Shown piece after piece: positions 10,269-22,379 of a DNA stretch of 64,000 bases; position 1 is the first letter of the stretch; each line of letters opens with the position of its first letter. The translations under genes and the position numbers were made by a program. Under the pieces are notes generated by a model that did not search any database, was not told where the DNA came from, and saw only the letters and a list, made by a program, of their open reading frames with translations. Origin of the DNA: a virus (taxonomy: Duplodnaviria > Caudoviricetes); the IMG/VR virus record IMGVR_UViG_3300037067_027643, positions 1 through 64,000 of that record; one strand, given 5' to 3'.

Positions 10269-11765
10269 TTAATACCATTCTTTCTTTAAACCATTCCAAA
10301 CTCCACTAGCAACCTTCTCTTTCTTACCGTCGATCTTAGTATCTATCATCTCAAATCGTTTCCTTGGCTTCCAGTTAGCAAACATACCATCTATATATGT
10401 AATCATGTTCTTGCACATCCATTTGCTACTCATCATACTTTCATCACTCATCACCCATTCTCTACCTTTCATTCCTCTACGTTTTCTTTCCTCCCTTCCC
10501 ATATTATAGCAATCAATTAAAGCCTGTGTAATATCTTTTATATCAGCTCTACTATCATATATATAAGGAGTAGGAACGCTACCAACGATATTTAATTGAG
10601 GAAACAACGGTAAAGTCCATTCTCCACATGTCTTATATCTACCACAGCTATTAGTAGGGAAATATTCACTAAAATCAATCCACTTACCATCATCATCTAC
10701 AAACCTACTTTGATCTTGAAGTCCTCCTATTGTATTGGTAATTGTCATAGTTCCAGCCATTAAACTTTCTGTATTTCCAAGTCCCCATCCCTCTGCACTA
10801 CTAGCATTAACAGTAACATCAGCAATATTGTACATTAAATTCAGTTCTTGTTCTGGTACCTTACTTGTATGTAATACCACATTACTATCAGGAGCTAAAT
10901 TTTTAATTACTTCATATAAATTAGTTCCAGCTTCTTCTATTGGATTGGTATGTAATACTAAGAAACACTTATCAGCATCTTCTTTTGGTAAAGTTGAAAT
11001 AAACATTTGAAATGCTACAATAATATCAGGTATCATTTTTCTACGTATATTTCTACTATTAAACATCGCTACAAACTTTGGTTCTACTCCTTTGAATAGT
11101 TGTTGTTTTTTCTTTAAAAGTTCATTATAAGCGTTCGTATTGGTTTCTTCGCTTATTGGAAAATAATAATTTTCATTTATTCCATGAGGGACATATTTAA
11201 TTTGCCAATCTTCGTAGTTATCATTTTTTAATATTGTCTTATTGATATTTACAGTTTGTTTGCTAATCCCTAATAACATGGAACATGACCTGTAAAATGC
11301 CCGATTATATTGACAAAACCCCCCCAAGTCGTCCCAAATGTTATAATATATAATAGGCAAACCATTTTGCTGTAATTCATGTGACATTTGAAATACCCAT
11401 ACAAAAAACCTAGGATCTGTAAACAACATAATTGCATCTGGCTTTTCAATTTGTATAATCTGCCTCAACATATCTGGATTACCGTAACCATCTGTTGGAT
11501 ATAAAGTACAAGAAGCATCATCTATTCCAGCAGCTTCATTAATTGCTTTATCCATATTGATTACTTTTCCTTTTTCATTGTGAATTTGTGCCCCAGAAAT
11601 CTGTGTCCATCTAAGATAATGTGCGGTACCTATTATGATTTGCTTAGATACACAACCGACACCGCTGACACTTCTTATATCATCACTTATTAATAGTATC
11701 TTTTTACGTTGGTCTTTTGGTATGTGTTTATACCCATTTATAATTTTTTTTGTCGTTTCTTCCAT
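10269..11765 (-). CDS. GT-B (GT4-like) glycosyltransferase
   Basis: SGVG, NSRNIRRK, SSAEGWGLGNTESLMAG. Confidence 0.85.
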   Translation of the reverse strand: MEETTKKIINGYKHIPKDQRKKILLISDDIRSVSGVGCVSKQIIIGTAHYLRWTQISGAQIHNEKGKVINMDKAINEAAGIDDASCTLYPTDGYGNPDMLRQIIQIEKPDAIMLFTDPRFFVWVFQMSHELQQNGLPIIYYNIWDDLGGFCQYNRAFYRSCSMLLGISKQTVNINKTILKNDNYEDWQIKYVPHGINENYYFPISEETNTNAYNELLKKKQQLFKGVEPKFVAMFNSRNIRRKMIPDIIVAFQMFISTLPKEDADKCFLVLHTNPIEEAGTNLYEVIKNLAPDSNVVLHTSKVPEQELNLMYNIADVTVNASSAEGWGLGNTESLMAGTMTITNTIGGLQDQSRFVDDDGKWIDFSEYFPTNSCGRYKTCGEWTLPLFPQLNIVGSVPTPYIYDSRADIKDITQALIDCYNMGREERKRRGMKGREWVMSDESMMSSKWMCKNMITYIDGMFANWKPRKRFEMIDTKIDGKKEKVASGVWNGLKKEWY

Positions 11766-13201
11766 TATTTATCTTCGTAAATTATAGTAAATAATTCTAA
11801 AAATTCTTCTTCTGTATTATGAAATGTAATCCATTTATCCTTACCAAAAAATACAGCAAATATATTTTCTAATGGTAAATATGCGGTTATTATTCCTCCA
11901 ACATCTTTTTTAATATTAGTATTTTCAATATCATTTTTAGCTATAGCAGTACCATGATATAACATTTCATCCAAGTTATTAGATATTTCTTTAGCTAATT
12001 TATGTTTATTTAATATTGTCATATTAATCTATTTTTAATTTTTCCATTTGTGTTAAATCAAAATCACTTCTAAGTAATTCTTTTAATTTTTCAATATTAT
12101 ATTTATATTGTAAATCTCTCATTCTATCGTCTAAAAATACCACTTCATTAATTTCATGTTCAGAAAAATTAATACATTGTAAAATTTTATTTGTAACATG
12201 TTGAAACATATCAACTATATAACCTCTTTCTTCTGATGATTCAATATTATCATAAATATTAACTAATTGAGAACGATAATCTAAAAGCTGTTCTAAATTT
12301 TTATTAATATTACCAATAAATGGATCTTCATATTCAATATTAACATTATGTTTAGGTTTTATTTTTATTTCAATATCATATTGTTTTGACCAACATAGAT
12401 TTTGATAAATTTTATGATGTTTAGAATTTGTTTCCATAATTTATTTTATAAATGTTTTGTCCATAGTTCACAAACCTCTCTTTTATCAATTGGAACTGTT
12501 ACTTTTAACAATTTACCATTAGATTTTAATTTAGCTACTTTAACACAATTTCCTTGATTTGCTCTAATAGATTGGCAATTATAACAATTTTTTTCTAGTG
12601 TAGCTATTAAATTTATATCTATTGGATATTCTATTAATTCAAATTCTCTATTTTCTGTTTCCATATTTTTATTCATTATCACTTTCTATCCAATCTGGGG
12701 TATCCTGAAATACTCCTTCTCCTTCATGATTTTTACATCCTTTATTAGAACAATATGCCCACCAATCCCAATTTCCAGCATCTTTAAAGTCTGCAAATTC
12801 ATCATTACAACATGCATCTATAACTGGCCATCCACAATCTTTACAATGAACATTTTTATAAATTGATATTGTATCTTGTTTCTTTTCCATTTTATTCTAT
12901 TTTATGTATTTTTGTTTCTATGACATCACTACCGTTAATATTTTGTTTAAAGTTTTTAATATCATTTATCATTTTTAATGCTTCTTCGTATGTATCACAA
13001 CATATTTTTTTATTTCCATATAACGTAAAAAGATTAACCCAATATGAGTTATTTACATCAATTTTATTGTTAAATGAAACTTGAAGAAATGCTTCTGGAA
13101 AAAATTTACTAGTATTATTTCTGCATTTATCTTCCTTAATTTGATATTTAGTAAATTCGGTTACTGGTTCTATATCTTTATTGGTTTGCATACTATTTTA
13201 T

Positions 13202-13609
13202 TTAATTTATTATTATCACTTTCTTTTCTTTCTTTACGCAATATTTTAATATATCTTCAAACTCTTTAGTCCAGTTCTCATCTTCATTCTTAAATATTAC
13301 AATACAATCATTACTATCTATCATCAATTTATTTCTATGAGTATCATGGTATAACATAAATTTTTTTCCATAATAGCTATTATACATTACAGAATAAAGG
13401 TTTTTAACTGTATAAGCTGGATTATGTTCCTGGTATTGTAGTCCAAATTCGATTGAATATTTTCTTATATATTTATCGGCTCCATAATTTCTACCACCAC
13501 TACTAATTACGATATCTTTTGATTGGTTTTTAAATTTAAAAATAAAGTCTTTAATTTTACTTTTATTTTCATAATTTTCTGTACCTATGATAGCTAGTTT
13601 GGTTGTCAT
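13202..13609 (-). CDS. SLOG / YspA-DprA-like nucleotide-binding protein
   Basis: LAIIG...VISSGG..GAD...RN..MID pattern. Confidence 0.6.
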   Translation of the reverse strand: MTTKLAIIGTENYENKSKIKDFIFKFKNQSKDIVISSGGRNYGADKYIRKYSIEFGLQYQEHNPAYTVKNLYSVMYNSYYGKKFMLYHDTHRNKLMIDSNDCIVIFKNEDENWTKEFEDILKYCVKKEKKVIIIN

Positions 13610-13614
13610 TAATT

Positions 13615-13627
13615 TTAATATACAAAA
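13615..13627 (-). promoter_or_regulatory. Promoter motif TTTTGTATATTAA, copy 2
   Basis: Exact repeat. Confidence 0.7.
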
Positions 13628-15349
13628 TTATTATTGAAAAACAAAATAATTAATATTTTATTATATCTAATCCACAGATAAAATCTATATCATTATCACT
13701 AAGTCTGTCAACTCTTTCTATTTTTTTATTTTTTAGATATTTAGTATATTCCTCCATTGTTTTGTTATAATCTAAGAACGGATTTATTTCACATGTTTCA
13801 TCTAACCAAATAAGAAATTTAAGATAATCTATCCCATCTGTTTTCATAATTATTTATTTTTGTTTATAAAAATTTTCAATGTTTGATAATTATCTTGTAA
13901 TTGTAAAGTAATTATGTTATCAGAATCCCAATTTAAATAATGTCTTCTATCATTTTCAACTACTTCGACTCTTGTAACCTTATTAACCGGTGTTAAATCA
14001 CTAACTGTAGATAACCACAATTTCAAAGTAGCATTTTCTGCGTTTAGTTGTTTAATTGTTTCTTTTAGGTATTTTCTTTTAATTTTCATTTATCTATATA
14101 TCTTAATTTATTTGTATTAAAATCATATTTTAATTTTTGTTCTGAACCAATATATGTTATAAGTTCTGGATTTCTATGAAACATATCTAAAATTGAAATC
14201 CAATCTTTCTCATCTATAATAACATGGTCATTATCAATGTTATTTGCTTTTTCGTCTTCTGGATGTGAATGTAAAAAATTTACACCAGGAATTAAATATT
14301 TTGTATTATTCATTTCTTTTATTTGTTTTTAAACTGTTTAACTCTTTTTCTAATCTTTTTAAAAATGATTCTTGTCCATCATCTCCCGCTAATAAGTAAT
14401 CTATTCTTTGAGTATAAACTTCCGCTTCCTTTAATATTTTTACAGCTTTTTTGAATTTATTTATTATTTCTTTTGGATAATTATAATAGCATTCATTATC
14501 CCAAGAATTTTTATCTCGTTCTGGAATCTTCTTTCCATTTTTATTAATAACAGATTCAATGTGTTCTGCTATTTCTCTTATTTTGTATTGATTGTAATCG
14601 AATGTACCTCCACTCATTTTATTTGAATTTAATTAAGTCTTTTAAATTAGTACATATCATTTCTTCCTCATTATCTTTATATATGGATTTTCTTAATGTT
14701 ATTACAAAATCTTTTAATATTGTTTCAAATACAATATCTCTTGCATCACAATGACCTATATAATTTTCTAAATTATGTGATTCTTTACTATCCGTTTCTA
14801 AATTAAAAATATTTGAATCAAATTCATATTTATATGGACAATTAAATAAATGCTTTCCAATAGAATTCATTCTTTCTTTATCTACTTTAATTTTATTCAT
14901 AGTTTATCATTTAATTGTTCAAGTAAATCGTTTCGTTCTACAATCCATTCAATTGGTATTTGTTTATCGGCGTCGTAATATCTTGCAATTGCTTGACATA
15001 TTTCATAATAGCGTTCTCTTTGTCTTACCCATTTAGGTACTAATCCTAATGGTGGTTTTTTGCTTTGTTCTATATTTTCCATAACTTATTAATATTTAAT
15101 TGTTGGTTCTACAGATTCTTGTAAGGCTGTTACTAATTTATTTGTTAATTCATCTAATTCTTTAATAGTAGGTTTTGGAAAATTATTTGTACTTATAGTG
15201 TCACTTGTTTTTAAATTATTAAATTCAAATAAATGTGCTTTAATTCTAATCATCATATTATTTAATTCATTTATTAATTTTTGATTCTTATAAATGTATA
15301 ATGTCTGTGGTATTTTTCTATTTTTCATATTTCCATAATTTTTATTAAT

Positions 15350-16339
15350 TTAAAATGTCATTGGTTCACAAACTGTATCTTTACAATGAGCTGTTCCACG
15401 ATATTGGCACCAACTACAAGAGCTATTCAATGCTTTATCATATTCTACATCTATATTGTAATTTCCATCTCGATCAAAAGCAGTAGTAACAAACCTAGTC
15501 ATATCTCGTTCAGATTTATTTAAAGATACCTTACCACTTGCAGGACTAAACAGTTGTACTCTTTTTTGTGGAAACATAGCATCTTCTTTAATTATTCTCT
15601 TTACTATAAAATATTCAGTATCAATGTTATCTAACGGAATCTTATACTGTTTTGAAAAATACTTCTTATACAAATTCAACTGTGCTATCTTACTAGCATC
15701 ACTTTTTTGAGCGTCATCCCATCCGTTTGTTGATGTTTTTATATCTTTAAGAAATATCATATTATCGACCGGACTATATAAAGCATAATCTATATAAGCT
15801 AAAAACAATACATTTTCATTTCCATCTACTTCGACTAATAATGGTAATTCTATTCCTACCAATTCACAATTACTAAGTGGGAAATAATCACTTCTATGTT
15901 TCTTTATAAAATTATATATATCTAAACCTTGTTTATGAAACAGTTTTAATTCATCAGAACTACTAAATGATATATTGGTTTGTGTTTTTGTTTTCTTATA
16001 TTCCTCTACCATTATAGTAACTAGTTGATCGGATACATCTATATCTTCTGCTAATAGTTCTTTATTTAGATATAGTTCTTTAATATAATTTTGTAATAAA
16101 ACGTGCATCGATGTACCAAATACTAAATGTATAGATGGTTTATCAATTTTTATCTTATCGATATATTTTAATTTCCAAGAATATGGACAGGTTAGGAACA
16201 TAGTTAATTGACTATAACTTATTGTTTTCTTTCCTATAAATTCTGTCAATACATCTTTATCAGTAGCTATACTATTACTACTTTGAATAGATTGAACGAT
16301 ATTAGGAATTTTATCTGGAGATAATTTTTGTTTAGCCAC
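15350..16339 (-). CDS. PD-(D/E)XK exonuclease (Cas4/RecB-like)
   Basis: SYSQL..F..CP, FGTSMH, E, YID, DIKTS, QL.LY, C-terminal CSWC...C. Confidence 0.8.
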   Translation of the reverse strand: MAKQKLSPDKIPNIVQSIQSSNSIATDKDVLTEFIGKKTISYSQLTMFLTCPYSWKLKYIDKIKIDKPSIHLVFGTSMHVLLQNYIKELYLNKELLAEDIDVSDQLVTIMVEEYKKTKTQTNISFSSSDELKLFHKQGLDIYNFIKKHRSDYFPLSNCELVGIELPLLVEVDGNENVLFLAYIDYALYSPVDNMIFLKDIKTSTNGWDDAQKSDASKIAQLNLYKKYFSKQYKIPLDNIDTEYFIVKRIIKEDAMFPQKRVQLFSPASGKVSLNKSERDMTRFVTTAFDRDGNYNIDVEYDKALNSSCSWCQYRGTAHCKDTVCEPMTF

Positions 16340-16706
16340 TTATTTATTTTTCTTTAGGTAAATTCATCCACAGTACCATAAAATCATAGAACTCTTCTGG
16401 TGTTGATATTACATATTCTACTTCATTTAACCAACATGACATTTTATTTTTTCCAAAATTATTTTCATAAGCGAACCAGTCACACCAAGTCATATCGTAT
16501 TTATCTGTCTCTATATCATTAAAGATAATATTTAATAATTTTTGAATTGCTAAACTATAATGATCATTCATTGTAGGAATAAATCTACCATCTAAATATG
16601 TTTCCATAAAATCAGTAAAATTATGATCTTTATCTGATTGTTTTTGAATTAAACTGATAATTTCAACAAACTGTTCTTTGGTAATAATTGGAAGAATTTT
16701 ATTCAT

Positions 16707-17693
16707 TTAATCAAATTTTATGTCTTCAATATTAAATTCTGATATATTTAAATTTTCAGAATTTGGTTCAGATGGTCTTATATCTATATCCCAGTTGATT
16801 TTATTATCACTACGATTTGCTAGTGTTTCAGAATCTATAATTTTTGATTCGATATCTTGATTTGTAAATTTCTGTTGTTTTTTATTTAAATATTCATCTA
16901 AATTTTCTATATTGACCGAATTATCATCTGCAACTATTGATTTATCTGATTCTAATTCTTTTATAATATCTACTACAGGTTCGTTACAAATTTCTGATGT
17001 CCTTTTTATTTGTGTATTTATTCCCTTGCTACGTTCAAGAATAGATTTTAGTCTTTCTTTATTAAAATCAAATAATTCTGGGTCAATAGTATTATTGCTA
17101 ATATTTTTTAGAAATTCATAATTGTTCGATGAAACATCTGGATAATTTTTTATTACTTGTCCAAAAACATAACTACTTGGTAAAATTATTGACATTATAT
17201 TATCATAATCCAAATTTTCATTTTTATCTCGTACAATATTTAAATTGAATATTTTATTAACTAGTTCAAATACCAATTGTTTTATTTGAGCTTTATCTAA
17301 GTTAAACTTATTTATTATTGCTCCAAATATCTCTATCTTATCACAAATCAAAACATTAGAATTTCGACAATAAATCATAAATAAATTTTTATGATTGGTT
17401 TCTTTATCTTTTATATAATAAGCAATATGAGACTCATATTTTTTAGACTTTAACTGTAGAAATAAATTGGTCAACCAAATTCTAGCATCTATCTTAAAAC
17501 TAAATTGTCTTGCTTTGGAAAAATGATAATTACAAATACCTTTTGTCCAAACATTTTTAGATAAATCGTCTAATTGTCGTTTAACATGTTTTAACTTAGA
17601 TTCTAATTTTTTAGTTTTCTTTTTATTTAATTTCTTTAAAATCTTAATCTCCTTTTGTTTAAGTAGACTGACTTCATCTAATGTTTCTTTCAT
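16707..17693 (-). CDS. Hypothetical protein
   Basis: ORF; start taken at ATG 17693 to avoid overlap with the upstream gene. Confidence 0.5.
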   Translation of the reverse strand: MKETLDEVSLLKQKEIKILKKLNKKKTKKLESKLKHVKRQLDDLSKNVWTKGICNYHFSKARQFSFKIDARIWLTNLFLQLKSKKYESHIAYYIKDKETNHKNLFMIYCRNSNVLICDKIEIFGAIINKFNLDKAQIKQLVFELVNKIFNLNIVRDKNENLDYDNIMSIILPSSYVFGQVIKNYPDVSSNNYEFLKNISNNTIDPELFDFNKERLKSILERSKGINTQIKRTSEICNEPVVDIIKELESDKSIVADDNSVNIENLDEYLNKKQQKFTNQDIESKIIDSETLANRSDNKINWDIDIRPSEPNSENLNISEFNIEDIKFD

Positions 17694-17707
17694 ATTTTTA
17701 TTAAATT

Positions 17708-17938
17708 TTAAAGTTTTGGAATAAAGTAAGAATCCAAGAAACCGCATTGGGAACATTCAAATACTGGTATTGGTACAATTGTTTCTTCTCCGGTTGGTGA
17801 TTCTATAGCTGATATCTTACGAATCATAAATGATTGTATAAATGTTTTGTTTCCGCATTCACTACATACAATTTCTGTAGAATCTTTTAGATTGATGTTA
17901 ATATTTTCTAATTCGTTGTTGTTTTTATTTTCTTTCAT
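17708..17938 (-). CDS. Small Zn-ribbon protein
   Basis: CSECG...CSQCG. Confidence 0.6.
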   Translation of the reverse strand: MKENKNNNELENININLKDSTEIVCSECGNKTFIQSFMIRKISAIESPTGEETIVPIPVFECSQCGFLDSYFIPKL

Positions 17939-18486
17939 ATTGTTGATTTATTTAATTTATAACGTAAATTTAATGATTTATCTAACTGTTTATTTAATTT
18001 ATTATTTATTTTTATCATTTCTTCTTTATCACATGGTTCAGAATCATATAACTCAGTTAACTTATTATGTAAATCTAAAATTTTGTTGAATTTTTTACAT
18101 AGTTTTCTATGAATTTTATCTTCTTTATTCCACTGTTTAAGCTCTTCATCTGTTATACAACCCGCTTCAAAATCATCTTTACAAGTATTACACTGACATT
18201 CAGTTGCATATTCGTATTCTCTTTTAGCTATACTATCTCTATCCCAATCTGGAGTTCTGTCTTTTGTTGTAAATACTATACAATTTGATTCCGGTTTATG
18301 TTTCCACAATTTTACAATATCTGCATTAGAACTAACTTTATCTGTTAAATTATCATCATAATAATCCAACGAACCATCAATTGGAGTTTGTCCATAATTA
18401 TCGTACATATTATTATCTACAATCAAATAAACAGTACCACATCTTAATTCAATCAAATCAAAATTATTTAAATCACTTTTCTTCAT
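17935..18486 (-). CDS. Hypothetical protein
   Basis: ORF tiling. Confidence 0.5.
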   Translation of the reverse strand: MKKSDLNNFDLIELRCGTVYLIVDNNMYDNYGQTPIDGSLDYYDDNLTDKVSSNADIVKLWKHKPESNCIVFTTKDRTPDWDRDSIAKREYEYATECQCNTCKDDFEAGCITDEELKQWNKEDKIHRKLCKKFNKILDLHNKLTELYDSEPCDKEEMIKINNKLNKQLDKSLNLRYKLNKSTI

Positions 18487-18507
18487 CTTATTTATATTTT
18501 TAAATTA

Positions 18508-19146
18508 TTATTTTAATGCAATTCTTACTAAACAATGTCTACTTCCTTCTGGATAATAATATGATGGATTATCGATTACTTTAGTAACAGCATTTTGAAT
18601 TAAATTGTATTTATTAGTATTAGGTAAAGTATCAATATCTAATTCTTTTTCTTTGCTTATTCTTAGTCTAATTTCTGTATGTATTTCTCCAGAGTTTGTA
18701 AATTTTTTAGCTGGGTATGCTACTGCTTTTACATAATCAATTGTATCAGTTGATTTATAATTGTTATCATCTACAGTATCACTATATAATTCAGGACTAA
18801 ATTGAATTGAGTATAAATATCCAATTGTATGAGTAACTTCATCTTCTTTATCTAATGAAAATACATTACCGCTAAATATATTTTCTTTTTCTATTGGTTG
18901 TTCCTGATTAATCATATATGTTTTACAACAGTAACAATCTTTTTTAACATGAGTACATATCCCACTTATTTCTTCTGTCCATTCAATTTTATCTATATTA
19001 AAATATTGTTTTAATATTTCAAATAATTGTTCTTGTTGATTATCTGTTAAATTAGATCGATCAAATCTAGTATTTAAATCTATTAATTTTCCAGTTGATT
19101 GGCAAATATCAATTATTTTTTCTGATGTTGTTTTTTCTTTTTCCAT
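18508..19146 (-). CDS. Hypothetical protein
   Basis: ORF tiling. Confidence 0.5.
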   Translation of the reverse strand: MEKEKTTSEKIIDICQSTGKLIDLNTRFDRSNLTDNQQEQLFEILKQYFNIDKIEWTEEISGICTHVKKDCYCCKTYMINQEQPIEKENIFSGNVFSLDKEDEVTHTIGYLYSIQFSPELYSDTVDDNNYKSTDTIDYVKAVAYPAKKFTNSGEIHTEIRLRISKEKELDIDTLPNTNKYNLIQNAVTKVIDNPSYYYPEGSRHCLVRIALK

Positions 19147-19171
19147 TATTTTATATTTTTAAATTATTATT

Positions 19172-20845
19172 TTAATTATAAGCTTGATCATATTCTTCTT
19201 GTCCAGCTGTTCTATTCTTATCAGGCTTAATTGAAACTACTGCTTCAGTTGTAAGTAACAATCCAGCTACACTAGATGCTTTTTCTAATGCTACTCTTGT
19301 AACTTTAACAGGATCTATAATTCCTTCTACAAACATATCTACAACTCTTGTACTTCTTACATCATATCCAATAGTATTAATATCCATTTCATCATTATTC
19401 TGTGTATGTACATAAAGTTCAATGTCTTTCCATACTGACTTATGTTCTTCACCGGCATTTTTCAATATTCTTTCAAAAGGAGTCTGTATAGCACGATATA
19501 ATATTTCTGCTCCAAATTCTTGATCTTTATTAGACAGTTCTATATCACAATTTTTAACATCAAATTCTTTTCCTATTCTATATAATACAGTTCCACCGCC
19601 AGCAATAATACCTTCATCAATAGCAGCTTTGGTAGCATGTAATGCATCATCTACTCTATCTTTCTTTTCTTTCATTTCAAGTTCTGTTTCTGCACCAATG
19701 TGAATAACAGCAATCCCTCCACCTAACTTACCTAAGCGTTCTTGTAATTTTTCTGTATCATAATTAGAAGTAGAATTATCTACCAAATGCTTCAGTTCTA
19801 ATACCCTAGCTTCAATTTTTTCTTTATCTCCTTTACCATCAATAATAGTAGTCATTTTATCGTCAACTGTAACAAGTCTGCATTTACCTAAATCTTCAAG
19901 TTCTAATTTATCTATCTTATCACCTCGTTCCAGACTCATTACTCTAGTACCGGTTAATATTGCTAGGTCTTCTAACATCTGTGTTTTTCTAGTTCCAAAT
20001 TCAGGAGCCTTTACCGCACATACTTTCATTGTTCCTCTTGCTTTATTAACAACTAAGGTAGCTAACGCTTGTCCTTCTACATCATCTGCAATTATTAACA
20101 GTGGTTTATCTTGTACTCGGATTTTTTCTAACAGTTTAATAATATCTTTAATATCTGAAATCTTCTTATCATATAACAATATATAAGGTTCTTCCATCTG
20201 AACTTGCATTAGTTCATTGTTTGTAATAAAATAAGGTGATAAATATCTTCTTTGAAATTGCATTCCTTCTACAATTTCTAATTTACTTTCTGCTGTCTTA
20301 CTTTCTTCTACTGTTATTACTCCTTCTCTACCAACTGATTTCATTGCTTCTGAAATAAGTGTACCTATTTCATTGTCATTGTTAGCACTGATTAAAGCTA
20401 CTGATTTTATTTCTTCTTCACTTGTAATATCTTTAGCAATTTCTTTTAATTTTTTTACTACTTCTTTTGTTGCTTTATCGATACCACGTTTTAATTCTAT
20501 TGAATTAGATGAATTTCCAGTATTTAATATTTTTAATCCGTTTTCAAATATAGCATGTGCAATTACTGTTGATGTAGTTGTTCCATCTCCCGCTTGTTCA
20601 TTTGTTTGACTAGCAGCTTCTTTAATAATTTGAGCTCCTATATTTTCGATTGGGTCTTCTAATTCTATTTCTTTAGCAACGGTAACACCATCTTTTGTGG
20701 TAATGGTTTGTCCGTATTGTTTTTCTAAGATGACGTTGCGCCCAAATGGACCCAAAGTACATGCTACAGATTCTACGAGTTTGATGACTCCATTTAATAA
20801 TTTACTTCTGCAATCTAATCCTGTATTAATTTCTTTCTTTTGCAT
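19172..20845 (-). CDS. groEL: Chaperonin GroEL
   Basis: TLGPFGRNV, TKDGVTVAKEI, AGDGTTTSTV, GIIDPVKVTR. Confidence 0.97.
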   Translation of the reverse strand: MQKKEINTGLDCRSKLLNGVIKLVESVACTLGPFGRNVILEKQYGQTITTKDGVTVAKEIELEDPIENIGAQIIKEAASQTNEQAGDGTTTSTVIAHAIFENGLKILNTGNSSNSIELKRGIDKATKEVVKKLKEIAKDITSEEEIKSVALISANNDNEIGTLISEAMKSVGREGVITVEESKTAESKLEIVEGMQFQRRYLSPYFITNNELMQVQMEEPYILLYDKKISDIKDIIKLLEKIRVQDKPLLIIADDVEGQALATLVVNKARGTMKVCAVKAPEFGTRKTQMLEDLAILTGTRVMSLERGDKIDKLELEDLGKCRLVTVDDKMTTIIDGKGDKEKIEARVLELKHLVDNSTSNYDTEKLQERLGKLGGGIAVIHIGAETELEMKEKKDRVDDALHATKAAIDEGIIAGGGTVLYRIGKEFDVKNCDIELSNKDQEFGAEILYRAIQTPFERILKNAGEEHKSVWKDIELYVHTQNNDEMDINTIGYDVRSTRVVDMFVEGIIDPVKVTRVALEKASSVAGLLLTTEAVVSIKPDKNRTAGQEEYDQAYN

Positions 20846-20850
20846 ATTTT

Positions 20851-21786
20851 CTATTTAATATTATTTTCTTTTTTTAATTTTTTACTTAATTTAAAATTTA
20901 ATTTAGCGAATAAATTTTCACTATGAGGTGTATTGATAATATTACAATCTAAATTCATCATTATAAAACTATCTTCTAAAATATCTTCTACATCATTAAT
21001 ATAACTATTATTTGTATTAATTAGAATATTTAATCCATGTTCATTATTACCTTCTTTTCCTTTTCCTATATAAATAGACATATCATTGTATTTCATATTA
21101 TTATCTACAATTAATCGGAATTTGTTGTTTAATAACCCTAAAAATTCATATCTATTGAATTCTGTTTTACTTGTATCAACAAATGTTGCTCCAGATGATT
21201 TACTTAATATATTAAACATTCCTTTTGAAGATATAATAAAATTAGCTCCTCCTCTTAATGTTTTTTTGTAAATTCTACAACTATACATTTGAATTTTACG
21301 TTCTATATCATTTAAAATTTTTGCTTTATATTTAATAATATATGTTTTATTAAATATTTTATAAATAAAAGATAGAAACTTTTGGATTTTTGTTTTTGTA
21401 TATTGGAAATTTGTATCTGTATATAAATTTGCTATATTTTTTATCTTATCAAAAACAAAATTTATTATTTCGTTTGCATGTGTTTGTATTAAAAGTGATA
21501 CCATTTCTGCATTAACATCAATATTATGATATTTTTGTAAATCGTTTTTAATATTATTAGTATATTTTATAGATAATGGGTGTGGTTCTGTTTGTATTAA
21601 TTGAGTTTTAACTTCGGTAATTATTTCTGGAATATCAAGTGGATCAATTGATGGTTTATAAACAAAATCTAAATATTTTATTTTTGCTTTATCAGAATCA
21701 ATTATTTGTACTGTAGCTATATCTTTTAAAATATTCAAACGATTGACAACAGTTTGTACTAATTCTTTACCTTCTATTTTTTCCAT
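20851..21786 (-). CDS. Degenerate T4 gp23/gp24-like capsid-fold paralogue
   Basis: VQ....YLDFVY, DLQKYHNIDVNAEM, TLRGGANFIISS, GLLNNKFRLIVD, IYIGKG occur in gp23 order. Confidence 0.6.
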   Translation of the reverse strand: MEKIEGKELVQTVVNRLNILKDIATVQIIDSDKAKIKYLDFVYKPSIDPLDIPEIITEVKTQLIQTEPHPLSIKYTNNIKNDLQKYHNIDVNAEMVSLLIQTHANEIINFVFDKIKNIANLYTDTNFQYTKTKIQKFLSFIYKIFNKTYIIKYKAKILNDIERKIQMYSCRIYKKTLRGGANFIISSKGMFNILSKSSGATFVDTSKTEFNRYEFLGLLNNKFRLIVDNNMKYNDMSIYIGKGKEGNNEHGLNILINTNNSYINDVEDILEDSFIMMNLDCNIINTPHSENLFAKLNFKLSKKLKKENNIK

Positions 21787-21787
21787 A

Positions 21788-22162
21788 TTATTCTTTTATA
21801 TTAATTTCGTTAAATGACCAAGATGATTCGGTAAGTATGTCATATTCGTTTTCATTTATTTTACAAAATATATCTCTAGCATCACTGGCTAATACATATT
21901 CTACATCATCGAACTCAATTTTGTGCAAACTATGTAAGGGATAAATGATCCGATCACCTTTCTTAAAATTTAATGGTTTTATTTCTCCACTTGCTAATAA
22001 ATATCCTTCTCCTACTGCTACCACTGTTCCAATTCTGGGTGCTTCTTGTGCTGTATCTGGAATTATTACTCCTCCTTTAGTAGCTGTTTCTGATTCATCT
22101 GGTAATATTAATACTTTTGAATCATGTACTGTTAATCTTGTTTTTAATTTGTTTTCTTCCAT
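21788..22162 (-). CDS. groES: Co-chaperonin GroES
   Basis: TKGGVIIPDTAQE..GTVVAVGEG..KGDRI. Confidence 0.93.
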   Translation of the reverse strand: MEENKLKTRLTVHDSKVLILPDESETATKGGVIIPDTAQEAPRIGTVVAVGEGYLLASGEIKPLNFKKGDRIIYPLHSLHKIEFDDVEYVLASDARDIFCKINENEYDILTESSWSFNEINIKE

Positions 22163-22366
22163 TTTTTATAAGTTATTTAATTTATCTTTTTTCTTTTTTC
22201 ATTATCAATACGTGCTTGTATTTTATGCTCAAAATATTGAACATCAGTGTAAAATTTTTTCAATAATTCGTCATCTTTATACCGTATAATACAATATTGA
22301 ATTAAATTATTTTTAGTCTTATCTAACAATTCTTCCAATGGTATCATAATTTTTTACTATTTATTT

Positions 22367-22379
22367 TTAATATACAAAA
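22367..22379 (-). promoter_or_regulatory. Promoter motif TTTTGTATATTAA, copy 3
   Basis: Exact repeat. Confidence 0.7.

Larger units (their letters stand above)
11765..15328 (-). other. Array of short, tightly packed hypothetical phage ORFs
   Basis: About 13 abutting or overlapping 60-140 aa ORFs on one strand. Confidence 0.6.
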
